A stretch of 17,062 nt of DNA from positions 1 to 17,062 of the forward strand of contig JBDKRC010000082.1 in the NCBI GenBank assembly GCA_039683575.1, in the 5' to 3' direction. Positions 7,086 through 15,850 of the stretch are shown piece after piece; within the stretch, counting starts at the first letter, position 1; each line of letters begins with the position of its first letter. The DNA comes from Armatimonadia bacterium. GTDB lineage: Bacteria; Armatimonadota; Zipacnadia; Zipacnadales; UBA11051. A program made the translations under genes and the position numbers. The notes under the pieces were generated by a model that was not told the DNA's origin, searched no databases, and was given only the letters and a program-made list of their open reading frames with translations.

Positions 7086-7844
7086 ATGATCGGCACGAAA
7101 CCGTGGCACGATGATGACCGCTTCTGGGACTTCATCTTCGAGCGCTTCTATGCTGATCCGAAGTGGTGGGAGAGGGCGTCGGGCGAGGTAGACCATATCA
7201 CGTCCCTGCTGTCCCTTCCGCCCGGCGCCGCCGTGCTCGACCTCTGTTGCGGCCCGGGCCGCCACAGCCTCGAGCTAGCTCGCCGCGGCTACCAGGTGAC
7301 TGGTGTTGACCGCACCGCCCGCTACCTCGATGAGGCCCGCAAGCGTGCTGCTGCCGAAGACCTCGCAGCGGACTTCATCCAGCAGGATATGCGCGAATTC
7401 TGCCGCGAGGGTGCCTTTGACGTGGCGCTCAATCTCTTCTCTTCCTTTGGCTATTTCGAGGACCCACTCGACGACCGTCGGGTCGTAGAGAACCTCTACG
7501 CGTCATTGAAGCCCGGAGGCCGGCTACTCATCGACACGATGGGCAAGGAAGTGCTCGCGCGCGTCTTCAACCCTCGGCAATGGGAACAGGTGGGCGACGT
7601 GCTCTACTTCTCCGAAAGCCGCATCGAGCGCGACTGGAGCTGGATACACAACCATCACGTATATCTCGTCGGCAGTGAGCGTTACGAAGTCGATATGGAC
7701 CACCGGCTCTACTCGGCGGCGGAGTTGAAAGGGCTGCTGACAGACTGCGGCTTCACGGAGCCTACCTGCTACGGCAGCTTCGATCAGGCCCCATACGACC
7801 ACACCGCGCGCAGGCTCATCATCACCGCTGTCAGGAGACAGTAA
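7086..7844 (+). CDS. Class I SAM-dependent methyltransferase
   Basis: 252 aa. Motif I VLDLCCGPGRH, plus VTGVD, QQDMR, FDVALNLFSSFGYF and LKPGGRLLID. RBS CAGGAG. Confidence 0.93.
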   Translation: MIGTKPWHDDDRFWDFIFERFYADPKWWERASGEVDHITSLLSLPPGAAVLDLCCGPGRHSLELARRGYQVTGVDRTARYLDEARKRAAAEDLAADFIQQDMREFCREGAFDVALNLFSSFGYFEDPLDDRRVVENLYASLKPGGRLLIDTMGKEVLARVFNPRQWEQVGDVLYFSESRIERDWSWIHNHHVYLVGSERYEVDMDHRLYSAAELKGLLTDCGFTEPTCYGSFDQAPYDHTARRLIITAVRRQ

Positions 7845-7897
7845 CACGGGCAAGTGGCCGAAAGACCGCCGCTGCAGGTCCACTCCTGGCAGGCGCG

Positions 7898-7932
7898 GAA
7901 ATAGGGACTATCATCGCGAGAGTCCCTATTTC
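7898..7932. repeat. Perfect 12-bp inverted repeat (hairpin/terminator or small palindromic element)
   Basis: GAAATAGGGACT (7898-7909), an 11-nt loop, then AGTCCCTATTTC (7921-7932). It ends 8 nt before the RBS of the next gene. Confidence 0.75.
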
Positions 7933-7951
7933 GTTTCCACAGGTGACCACA

Positions 7952-10900
7952 ATGCGCGCGCTCCTTCCCCCTCTGCTGGTCGTCATGGCCGTAAGCGGTG
8001 CCTTTGCGGCTGACCGCTGGGCACATCCGCTATACCTCGGCGGAGGCGGCGTCTGGCACCAGCGAGTGGTGCTCGAAGTCCGCAACGACACCGACCGCGA
8101 GGCCGTCGGCGAGGAAGCCTCGGTCGCACTCCCTGCCCTCACCGGCACCCCCGCCGAAGCCGTGCGCGTGACCCGCGACGATGGCGTCGAGGTCCTCTAC
8201 GCCCTCACCGGCCCCGATGGCATCATCGCGAAGCAGGGTCCCATCCCCTCCGGCAGCAGTCTCACGATTCCGGCCGAGTGCAAGCCGAAGGCAACGGCCC
8301 GCTACTGGGTCTACTTTGACAACCCCGCAGCCTGGACCGTCCCCGACTTCCTCAAAGCCACCAGCGGCATTCGCAACGCCGGCCTCGAACTTGGCGAAGG
8401 CAACGTGGCCGCCGAATGGCAGCACGACGCCAACGACGACCAGCACCGCACCTTCTGGACCACCGAGGCCCCCCACTCTGGCAGCCACTGCCTGAAGACC
8501 GTAGTCACACCCGGCGCCGAGCCCACCTGGATCTCCACCCGCCAAAGCGGCCTCCGCATAGTCCCCGGCGCCAAGTACGTCTTCAGCGGCTGGGTCAAGG
8601 CCGACAGCGTGGACGGACAGGCCGGCTGGTATATCCACGTCGGCAACAGCACCAACACCATGCTCATCTCCCCGATGCCCATGGGCGGCGGCGGCACCTA
8701 CGACTGGAAGCAGGTACGCGCCGAATTCACCGCCCCGGCTGACGCCAACCGCGCTGACCTCGGCACGGTCCTCCGCGGCACCGGCACGGCCTGGTTCGAC
8801 GACGTGGCGCTCACCACCGACGCCACCAGCAAGCTGCAAATCACCGCCGGCGCCCCCGAGCGCCTGCCCCTCAAAGAGATTGACCTCAAGCCCTCCCGGC
8901 TGGATTGCATCATGACTGCTCCCGTCCGCGTGATGAACTGGGAAGAGCAGCCCCGCAAGGTCCTCGTCGCCGTCAACGCCGCAAGCCTGCTCTCCCGCGC
9001 TCCACGCAGCTCTCAACCCCTTCCCTTGCGCGTCGTCACGGGAGACCGCCAGTTGCCCCACGCGCTCCTCGGGAGTGACACCCTGATCTTCCTGGCTGAC
9101 CTACCGCCGCGCACCATCATGACCTACCGCCTGCTCCTCGGCGGCAAGCCGGGTACAGCCACGCCCCCGCTCAACTACGAGTCCCTGCTCAACAACCCAC
9201 TCAACCTCACCCAAAACCCCAGCTTCGAGCTTGGCGACAAGCTCCCGGACGACTGGCCCGGTGGGGCCGAAGGCGAAAAGCCCGCCGGGGCCACCCTCGG
9301 CTTCGACACGCCCGGCCTCTTCGGCAAGCGCTGTGTGAAGATCGACGTCCCCCACGATTCCAAGCCCGCGTGGACTGGCTGGCGTCAGAGCGTCCCCGTC
9401 CAGCCCGGACGCACCTACCTCTACGCCGGCTGGCTCAAATGCCGCGACCTCAAGGGCAACCTCCAGCTTCACGCCCACAAGCGCACGGAGCAAGGCGAAC
9501 TGTCCAAAGAGTCCCCCTACACCGGCATCGGCCCCGCCGTCAGCGGCACCACCGGCTGGACGCAGATGGCCGGGCTGTTCACCATGCCCGCCGACTGCCG
9601 CTTCTTCCAGCTTCATCTCACCATGAACGCCACCGGTACCGCCTGGCATGACGGCGTGCTACTGGCCGAAGCGGAACAGGGGGAACTGGGCCCCATCGAG
9701 GGCCGCGCAGTCTCGCAGCTTGAGGTCTGGCCAATCTCCGCCGTACGCAAGGTCTTCCGCTACGATGCAGCCGCAGCACCTTCCGGTGGGCCAATGAGCC
9801 TCTCCATAGCCGCCAACGAGCGCGAGCCGCTGCAGTTGGCCATCCGTGCGCCGAAGCAACTCTCCGACGTGCGCCTAACCGCTACTCCGCCGACGGGGCC
9901 GGCAGGCAAGTCACTACCCGCCCCGGAGATCAACGTGGTCGGCTATGTGCCCATAGACCATCCCCTTGGCTATGACAGCCAGGACACGCCCGAGTGGGTC
10001 CGCAAGTTCCCCACGAGCACCGGCGGCAGCGACGGCTTCGCCGGCTGGTGGCCCGACCCGCTGCTGCCCGACCGCACCTTCGCCGTGGAGCCCAACCAGA
10101 CGCAGCCGGTGTGGGTAGTGATCTCAGCCCCATCAGGCGCCACGCCGGGCGAATATCGGGGCACTCTGAAGCTCGTACAGGGCGCTCAGACCCTTTGGCA
10201 GTCGCCTTACACCGTCCACGTGCGCAAGTTCGCTCTCCCCTCCCAGGGCCATCTCGCTGCGATCTACGACTGCCGCCAGAGTGGCGCAATGTGGCAACTC
10301 GCCGGCAAGACCCAGCAAGAGACCCGGCAGGAGTTTTGGAAGTTCATGGCTGACCACCGCGTCTGCCCGGATCGCATTCAGCCCGACCCGGTGCTGAACT
10401 ACAAGGACGGGCAGGTGACCGCCGACTTCACCGCCTACGACAAGGCCGCCACCTACTACTTCGACGTCCTGAAGCTACCCCACAGCTATATGCCCTCGTA
10501 CTTCTACTGCTTCGGCTGGGGCTTCCCGCCCGCGCGCAGGTTCGGCGAGGAGCCCTACGAGGGCCAGCCGCCCTTCGAGGGCGCCGACCGCAGCAAGCTG
10601 CGCCCGGAGTACAAGCGCGCTTACCAGGCCTGTCTCAAGGCCTACTGGGAGCACATGAAGCAGAAGGGCTGGGCGGACAGGGTCGTGCTCTACATCTCCG
10701 ACGAGCCCTACGACCACCACCCATACATCATCGATCAGATGAAGGCCCTCTGCGACATGATCCACGAGGTGGACCCGGCAATCCGCATCTACTGCAGCAA
10801 CTGGCACGAGCAGCCGGCCTGGGAAGGCTACCTCGATGTCTGGGGCGTCGGCCATTATGGTGTCTTCAGCACCGAGAAGATGCAGAAGCTGACCGCGCAG

Positions 10901-11434
10901 GGCGACACGATCTGGTTCACCACCGACGGCCAGATGTGCACCGACACCCCCTACGCCGCCATTGAGCGCCTGCTGCCACACTACGCCTTCAAGTACGGCG
11001 CCAGGGCCTACGAGTTCTGGGGCATCGACTGGCTCACCTACAACCCCTACGAGTTCGGCTGGCATGCCTACATCCACCAAAGCGGCGAGCCGGGCAAGTT
11101 CACCTGGGTGCGCTACCCCAGCGGCGATGGCTTCCTGGCCTACCCCGGCAAGCCCATTGGCCATGAAGGACCTGTGACCTCGATCAGGCTTGAGCAAGCC
11201 CGCGAGGGCATGGAGGACTATGAGTACCTCTGGCTGCTCAAGGACCTCGCCGACAAGGCCAAACCCGGCACTCCCGCCGAGAAGACCGCCCGAGCAGCCC
11301 TGCAGGAAGCCTCCGGCCTCGTTGACTTCCCCAGCGCCGGTGGCCGGTACTCGACGAAGATTATCCCTGACCCCGAGGCGGTCTACCGCCTGCGCGAGAA
11401 GGTGGCGGGGGCGATTGAGGGGCTGATTGACTAG
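7952..11434 (+). CDS. Large secreted modular glycoside hydrolase: two CBM4/9-like modules plus a GH123-like/DUF4091 catalytic region
   Basis: Signal peptide MRALLPPLLVVMAVSGAFA; ATG 7952 follows RBS AGGTGA. Two CBM4/9-like repeats: IRNAGLE...PGAKYVFSGWVK...GTAWFDDV and TQNPSFE...PGRTYLYAGWLK...GTAWHDGV. C-terminal motifs ANEREPLQLAI, WPDPL, YISDEP, GDGFLAYPG and SIRLEQAREGMEDYEYL are typical of GH123/DUF4091 proteins. Confidence 0.82.
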   Translation: MRALLPPLLVVMAVSGAFAADRWAHPLYLGGGGVWHQRVVLEVRNDTDREAVGEEASVALPALTGTPAEAVRVTRDDGVEVLYALTGPDGIIAKQGPIPSGSSLTIPAECKPKATARYWVYFDNPAAWTVPDFLKATSGIRNAGLELGEGNVAAEWQHDANDDQHRTFWTTEAPHSGSHCLKTVVTPGAEPTWISTRQSGLRIVPGAKYVFSGWVKADSVDGQAGWYIHVGNSTNTMLISPMPMGGGGTYDWKQVRAEFTAPADANRADLGTVLRGTGTAWFDDVALTTDATSKLQITAGAPERLPLKEIDLKPSRLDCIMTAPVRVMNWEEQPRKVLVAVNAASLLSRAPRSSQPLPLRVVTGDRQLPHALLGSDTLIFLADLPPRTIMTYRLLLGGKPGTATPPLNYESLLNNPLNLTQNPSFELGDKLPDDWPGGAEGEKPAGATLGFDTPGLFGKRCVKIDVPHDSKPAWTGWRQSVPVQPGRTYLYAGWLKCRDLKGNLQLHAHKRTEQGELSKESPYTGIGPAVSGTTGWTQMAGLFTMPADCRFFQLHLTMNATGTAWHDGVLLAEAEQGELGPIEGRAVSQLEVWPISAVRKVFRYDAAAAPSGGPMSLSIAANEREPLQLAIRAPKQLSDVRLTATPPTGPAGKSLPAPEINVVGYVPIDHPLGYDSQDTPEWVRKFPTSTGGSDGFAGWWPDPLLPDRTFAVEPNQTQPVWVVISAPSGATPGEYRGTLKLVQGAQTLWQSPYTVHVRKFALPSQGHLAAIYDCRQSGAMWQLAGKTQQETRQEFWKFMADHRVCPDRIQPDPVLNYKDGQVTADFTAYDKAATYYFDVLKLPHSYMPSYFYCFGWGFPPARRFGEEPYEGQPPFEGADRSKLRPEYKRAYQACLKAYWEHMKQKGWADRVVLYISDEPYDHHPYIIDQMKALCDMIHEVDPAIRIYCSNWHEQPAWEGYLDVWGVGHYGVFSTEKMQKLTAQGDTIWFTTDGQMCTDTPYAAIERLLPHYAFKYGARAYEFWGIDWLTYNPYEFGWHAYIHQSGEPGKFTWVRYPSGDGFLAYPGKPIGHEGPVTSIRLEQAREGMEDYEYLWLLKDLADKAKPGTPAEKTARAALQEASGLVDFPSAGGRYSTKIIPDPEAVYRLREKVAGAIEGLID

Positions 11435-12198
11435 TGTTTTTCGTCCTGTCGAAGATCCTGGGGCAGTTCATCCTGCCCCTGAGCGTCATCTTCATCCTGC
11501 TCTTGCTGCACGCCGCCCTCCACCGGCGACGCCGCAAGCTGTCCTGGGGCTTGTTTTGGGCCGCAATCGTGGTACTCTATGTGTGTGCCACGCCATGGTG
11601 CTCCGACCTGCTGCTCATGCCGCTGGAGGGTCCCTACCAGAAGCCTCCGCTGCCGGCGCACGCCGATGTCATCCTGGTTCTGGGCGGGGCCCTCGACCTG
11701 CTTCACTCAGAGCCGGGCCGCCCTGAGTTCTCGCAGGCCGTGGACCGCTTCATCTATGCCCTGACCCTCGGCAAGCGCTTTCCCAACAGCACCATCGTCT
11801 TCGCCGGAGGCACGGCCAGCCTCTTCGACCACACGAAGACCGAGGCCTCGCTGCTCAAGGGCCTCGCGGTGGAGTTGGGCCTGCCTCCCGAGCGCATCCG
11901 CGTTGACGATCGATCCCGAAACACCTTCGAGAACGCGCAGGAAGCCGCCCGTATCCTCCGTGAGACCGGCGGCTCGAACATAGTCCTGATCACCTCGGCC
12001 TTCCACATGCGCCGCTCCATGGCGTGCCTGCGCAAAGTGGGCCTGGAGGCCATACCGTATGGCGTGGATATCCGGAACCACCGGGGCGAGGCCAATCCCC
12101 TCGGCTGGTTTCCCAATGCCTCGCGCCTGGATGACAGTTCAGCCGCCATCCGCGAATACATCGGGCTGGTCGTATACCGCTTGAAGGGCTACATATAG
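11434..12198 (+). CDS. YdcF/DUF218 family (ElyC/SanA-like) membrane-anchored protein
   Basis: Two N-terminal TM helices. Motifs ILVLGG, FAGG, SRNTFENA, LITSAFHMRRS and IREYIG. The GTG start overlaps the previous TAG stop (TAGTG). Confidence 0.92.
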   Translation: MFFVLSKILGQFILPLSVIFILLLLHAALHRRRRKLSWGLFWAAIVVLYVCATPWCSDLLLMPLEGPYQKPPLPAHADVILVLGGALDLLHSEPGRPEFSQAVDRFIYALTLGKRFPNSTIVFAGGTASLFDHTKTEASLLKGLAVELGLPPERIRVDDRSRNTFENAQEAARILRETGGSNIVLITSAFHMRRSMACLRKVGLEAIPYGVDIRNHRGEANPLGWFPNASRLDDSSAAIREYIGLVVYRLKGYI

Positions 12199-12263
12199 CC
12201 TCTCCGCGGACCCTTTCTGGCGGGGTATTAGTCATAAGTGTAGACTTGTAACGAGACGAGCGT

Positions 12264-13874
12264 ATGCGCAGACCCGCAGCGGCCGGCATGGCCACAATAA
12301 TCTTCGGTGTGATCGCAATCGCGGCTGCTGGCGGCCTGCTGAGTCTCACCTTCTCTCAGGGCGTCGTAATGTCGCTGGCGTTCGGCTTGTTCGTGGCCCT
12401 GGTATTCTGGGCGATGTCCAGCACCGGAGTGGCCTTCTACATTCTGCTGGCCAGCGCACTCCTTGAGGCTCTCTACAAGGGTCTCGTCCCCAACCTGCTG
12501 ACTCTGCTCATCAAGGACATCTTCCTGCTGATTCTGGTCATGCGCCTGGTGATGAGCAGCCAGCGCACCCGCGACTATAGCTGGCTCAAGCAAAGCTTCT
12601 CCACTCCCGCCCTGCTGTTACTGCTCTACTGCCTGGCGATGATGTTCTCTCCCACCACGCGCAGCATGCTCCTGGCCGTTGCGGGCCTGCGCGTCTGGAT
12701 GCTGTGGATGCCGGCGTTCTTCCCCGTCTACTACTATTTCCGCGACCGCCGCACGGTCATGAAATTCTTCGTGGTCATCCTGGCTGTGAACCTCCCGGTA
12801 TCCATCTATGGCATCGTCCAGGGAAACATCGGCTATGAACATACCAAGGTGATCCCGGGCTTCTACGCGGTCACCAAGTGGTATCAGTCAGACGTGCAGC
12901 AACCTGCCGAGGGAGAAGAAGGGGCTGTGGGCACCGAGGCCATCGATCGCGAGTTCAACCCGATCATGAACGTGCGGGCCTGCTCCATTCACATCTCGCC
13001 CGGGACCTTCGGCAGCATGAGCTGTCTCCTGGTCCTGCTTTCGATGGGAATGGCCATGTCGACGACCCGGTCGACAACTCGCTTCTGGTGCATTGTGTCC
13101 GCCCTTGCCGCTGTTGGCGGAATGCTGGCCAGCGGCTCGCGCGCCCCGGTCTTCGGCTTGGCGGGCGGGCTGGTGGTACTGATCATGCTCTCCCCACGCC
13201 GCGCCGGCATGATTGCCTCCGTGCTACTCGTGGGCATGATTGGCATCTTCCTGCTCAAGGACGTCACCGGCGCCGGTGCTGACCGGCTTCAGAAGCGGCT
13301 ATCCGTAGCGGATGCGATCGAGCGTTCGACCTATCCCTTCAAGATCGGATTCCAGTCGGCCCTCGAACGTCCCTTCGGCGGCGGTATCGCCACTGGCGTC
13401 GGTATCGGCCGCGTCTTCTATGGTTCCGATCTCAAGTCGGCCGAGGGGTATCGCTGGGTTGAGAATGAGTTCGGCCGGGCACTGATTGAGCTTGGACTGA
13501 TCGGGACTTTCTTCTGGGTTCTCATGCTCTCCCGCATAATGATGCAGTGTATCCGCACCGCCAGGTACATGGAGCCAACACCCTTGGGAGGGCTGTCCGC
13601 GGCGGTCGTTGCTGCCATGGCCTCGGTCATGGTGCAGCTCAGCGTGGGCTCCGCTCTGTACAATGCTCACCCCGGCCTTTACTTCTGGATCTTCGCCGCC
13701 GCCGTTTTGCGCCTTGGGGAATTCGCCAGGCAGGATCAGAAGCAGGCTGAACAAGAGGCCGCCACGCGCCCACCTGAGCAGCCAGAGCCCGATGAGACTC
13801 TGCCGGAGGCCGTCGGCTACCGCAGCATCCGCTATCGCCCGGGGAGAGACTACCCCCTGCGGCCCCACCGCTAG
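12264..13874 (+). CDS. Wzy/O-antigen ligase-like (Wzy_C) polytopic membrane protein
   Basis: More than 10 hydrophobic segments. Motifs LASGSRA, ERPFGGG and ENEFGRALIELGLIG. An alternative start is ATG 12288. Confidence 0.78.
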   Translation: MRRPAAAGMATIIFGVIAIAAAGGLLSLTFSQGVVMSLAFGLFVALVFWAMSSTGVAFYILLASALLEALYKGLVPNLLTLLIKDIFLLILVMRLVMSSQRTRDYSWLKQSFSTPALLLLLYCLAMMFSPTTRSMLLAVAGLRVWMLWMPAFFPVYYYFRDRRTVMKFFVVILAVNLPVSIYGIVQGNIGYEHTKVIPGFYAVTKWYQSDVQQPAEGEEGAVGTEAIDREFNPIMNVRACSIHISPGTFGSMSCLLVLLSMGMAMSTTRSTTRFWCIVSALAAVGGMLASGSRAPVFGLAGGLVVLIMLSPRRAGMIASVLLVGMIGIFLLKDVTGAGADRLQKRLSVADAIERSTYPFKIGFQSALERPFGGGIATGVGIGRVFYGSDLKSAEGYRWVENEFGRALIELGLIGTFFWVLMLSRIMMQCIRTARYMEPTPLGGLSAAVVAAMASVMVQLSVGSALYNAHPGLYFWIFAAAVLRLGEFARQDQKQAEQEAATRPPEQPEPDETLPEAVGYRSIRYRPGRDYPLRPHR

Positions 13875-13900
13875 CGTCTACGAAAGGAAGAGGTGAAGCC

Positions 13901-14836
13901 ATGCGCAACAGAATGATCTCACTGCTGAGCCTGATGCTGGCCATCTCTGTATCGTGGGCTCAGACTCCCGCCCCCTCCGTGTCGGCCCCTGCCGACGCTT
14001 CCGCCATGCTGGCGCGCCTGCGGGAGATCCCCCGCCAACTTGAGGGCTGGCAACTGACAGATGTCATCCAGACCTGCGACCAGACCTGTTTGCCACAGCA
14101 CTTCCCTGTTGATGCCCAGACTGTTCTGTCCTACCAGTATCTCTGGAGCGTCACGGCCGCCTTTATGCCGCCTAACCCCCAACAGCCCATAGTCGCGGAC
14201 GTCTTCGCCATGGCCGATGACGGAGATGCCTTTGGCCTGTTCGCGCGGGCCCGAAACGATCAGGCAGTTACGGCGGGCGTGCGCCCGGAGTCATACTGGA
14301 CCGGCGATCAGCTACACATCTGGCGGGGCCGCTTCTACCTCCGGCTGACGCCAAAGACCAACGACGAACTGCTGCGCGCCGGCACGCTCGCTGTCGGTGA
14401 AGCCATCGCCGCCAGGCTGCCTCTGCCGGACAAGCCACCCCTGATGATGCGTCTCATGCCCGAGGGCCGCGCCAAGCCCCAGGCGCTGCGCTTCTACCGC
14501 CAGAACGTGCTCGGCCAGCCCACCCTCGCTGACGGCCTTGTCAACGAGTACCTCCAGGACGGCAAACCTCTCACCTTCGTCCTCCTGCGGGCACAGGACG
14601 AGGCAGCCGCGGGCAAACTGCTCACCGCGACCAATAATCTCCTCCGCCAGGGCAGCGCGGCCACGCCGCTGGGTTCGCTTGGCAAGCAAGCCTTCGTAAT
14701 GCAGAGCCCGCAGTACGGGCTGAGCTACACCATGCGCGAGGGCCGCTATGTTGCCCTGGCTCTTGGCGTGCTGGATCGCGACACCGCCGAGGGGCTGCTG
14801 CGCCTTGCCGCGACAAACATACGCATCGTCCGGTAG
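13901..14836 (+). CDS. Secreted/periplasmic hypothetical protein (possibly DUF6599-like)
   Basis: 311 aa with signal peptide MRNRMISLLSLMLAISVSWA and RBS GAGGTG. The motifs DVFAM..DGDAFGLF and IWRGRFYLRL recall DUF6599 proteins. This family assignment is from memory and unverified. Confidence 0.7.
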   Translation: MRNRMISLLSLMLAISVSWAQTPAPSVSAPADASAMLARLREIPRQLEGWQLTDVIQTCDQTCLPQHFPVDAQTVLSYQYLWSVTAAFMPPNPQQPIVADVFAMADDGDAFGLFARARNDQAVTAGVRPESYWTGDQLHIWRGRFYLRLTPKTNDELLRAGTLAVGEAIAARLPLPDKPPLMMRLMPEGRAKPQALRFYRQNVLGQPTLADGLVNEYLQDGKPLTFVLLRAQDEAAAGKLLTATNNLLRQGSAATPLGSLGKQAFVMQSPQYGLSYTMREGRYVALALGVLDRDTAEGLLRLAATNIRIVR

Positions 14837-14843
14837 GGGAAGC

Positions 14844-15698
14844 TTACCGAAGAGCTTTCACTGCCCGTCCGTATAGGTATCCCGGGAGGATGAAGCTGCC
14901 CAGCAGGTACGCGTCTGACCCGCGGCGTCTGGCAAGACGCATCTTCTCCCTGACATTGTAGGCACGGTGGTTCATCGCGTTCGCGTAGCCGGACCAGAAA
15001 GCTCGCCGCAGCACCCCGGGCAGGCTCTGGCGAGCGCGCAGAATCTTGTGGAACACATAGGCCTCTGGCTCGTACCACAACTCATGCCCCGCCCTGCCCA
15101 GCCTGTACCCCAGCGCCACGTCCGCCCCGTCAGCCGACGACTTGCCCCCGACGTACCCCACAAAGCTGCCGAAACCACCCACCTCTTCCAGAGCCTCACG
15201 CCGGTACGAGCAGTTGCCGCCAACCAGCCACTCCGCCTGCTCTCGCTTGCGACTGAACGTACACACCCCCAGCATCTCCTTGAAGCATTCCGAATTCTGA
15301 AGCCACCTCGGCGGCGCGCCATCCCAGATAGAGCGATACGACCCGCCGACTCCAGTGGCTCCAGTGGCTTCGTAACACCCCGCGAGGTTGCTCAGCCAAC
15401 TTGTCGGGGCCAGTTCGTCATCATCAAAGTAGGCAACTATCTCTCCACGCGCCTCCTTCAGACCCGTGTTCCGCGCCGGATTCAGCCCCTGAACCGGCTC
15501 ATGGACATGCCGTAGCCGCGAATCGGCTAGTGCCATCTCATCCAGTAGTTCGCCGCTGCCATCCGTGCAGTTGTTGTTAACCACGACCACTTCAAACGAA
15601 TCGTAATCCTGCTTGAGGATCGTCTTCACTGCAGCTTCCAGATGGACGCGCCGGTTGTAGGTGGGGATGATGACACTGAACAGCGGGCTGGGGGCCAT
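14844..15698 (-). CDS. Glycosyltransferase family 2
   Basis: 284 aa. Motifs FSVIIPTYNR, VVNNNCTDGS, GLNPARNTG, AYFDDD (DxD), GGNCSYRR and ADVALGYRL. RBS CAGGAG. Confidence 0.95.
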   Translation of the reverse strand: MAPSPLFSVIIPTYNRRVHLEAAVKTILKQDYDSFEVVVVNNNCTDGSGELLDEMALADSRLRHVHEPVQGLNPARNTGLKEARGEIVAYFDDDELAPTSWLSNLAGCYEATGATGVGGSYRSIWDGAPPRWLQNSECFKEMLGVCTFSRKREQAEWLVGGNCSYRREALEEVGGFGSFVGYVGGKSSADGADVALGYRLGRAGHELWYEPEAYVFHKILRARQSLPGVLRRAFWSGYANAMNHRAYNVREKMRLARRRGSDAYLLGSFILPGYLYGRAVKALR

Positions 15699-15850
15699 GG
15701 CGGTGCTCCTGCGGGATATGTGCTGAATATGCAGACGTTCAACAACTACTTCCGGGTCGGTTGCCAGGGCAAAGCGGGAGCCGTGCGAGGTATTCTGAGG
15801 CTGGCGAGGAAGGAGTAACAGAGGAAATGATACTGAGAGGGAGCGGTCCT

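Noticed and set aside
7845..7897. c-di-GMP-I riboswitch-like start (GGGCAA...CGAAAG hairpin)
   Set aside because: It lacks the downstream GACGCAAA and CUAA tetraloop-receptor elements of the consensus.
8030..11197. Several antisense and alternate-frame ORFs inside the large hydrolase
   Set aside because: They have no motifs or RBS and are typical GC-rich shadows.
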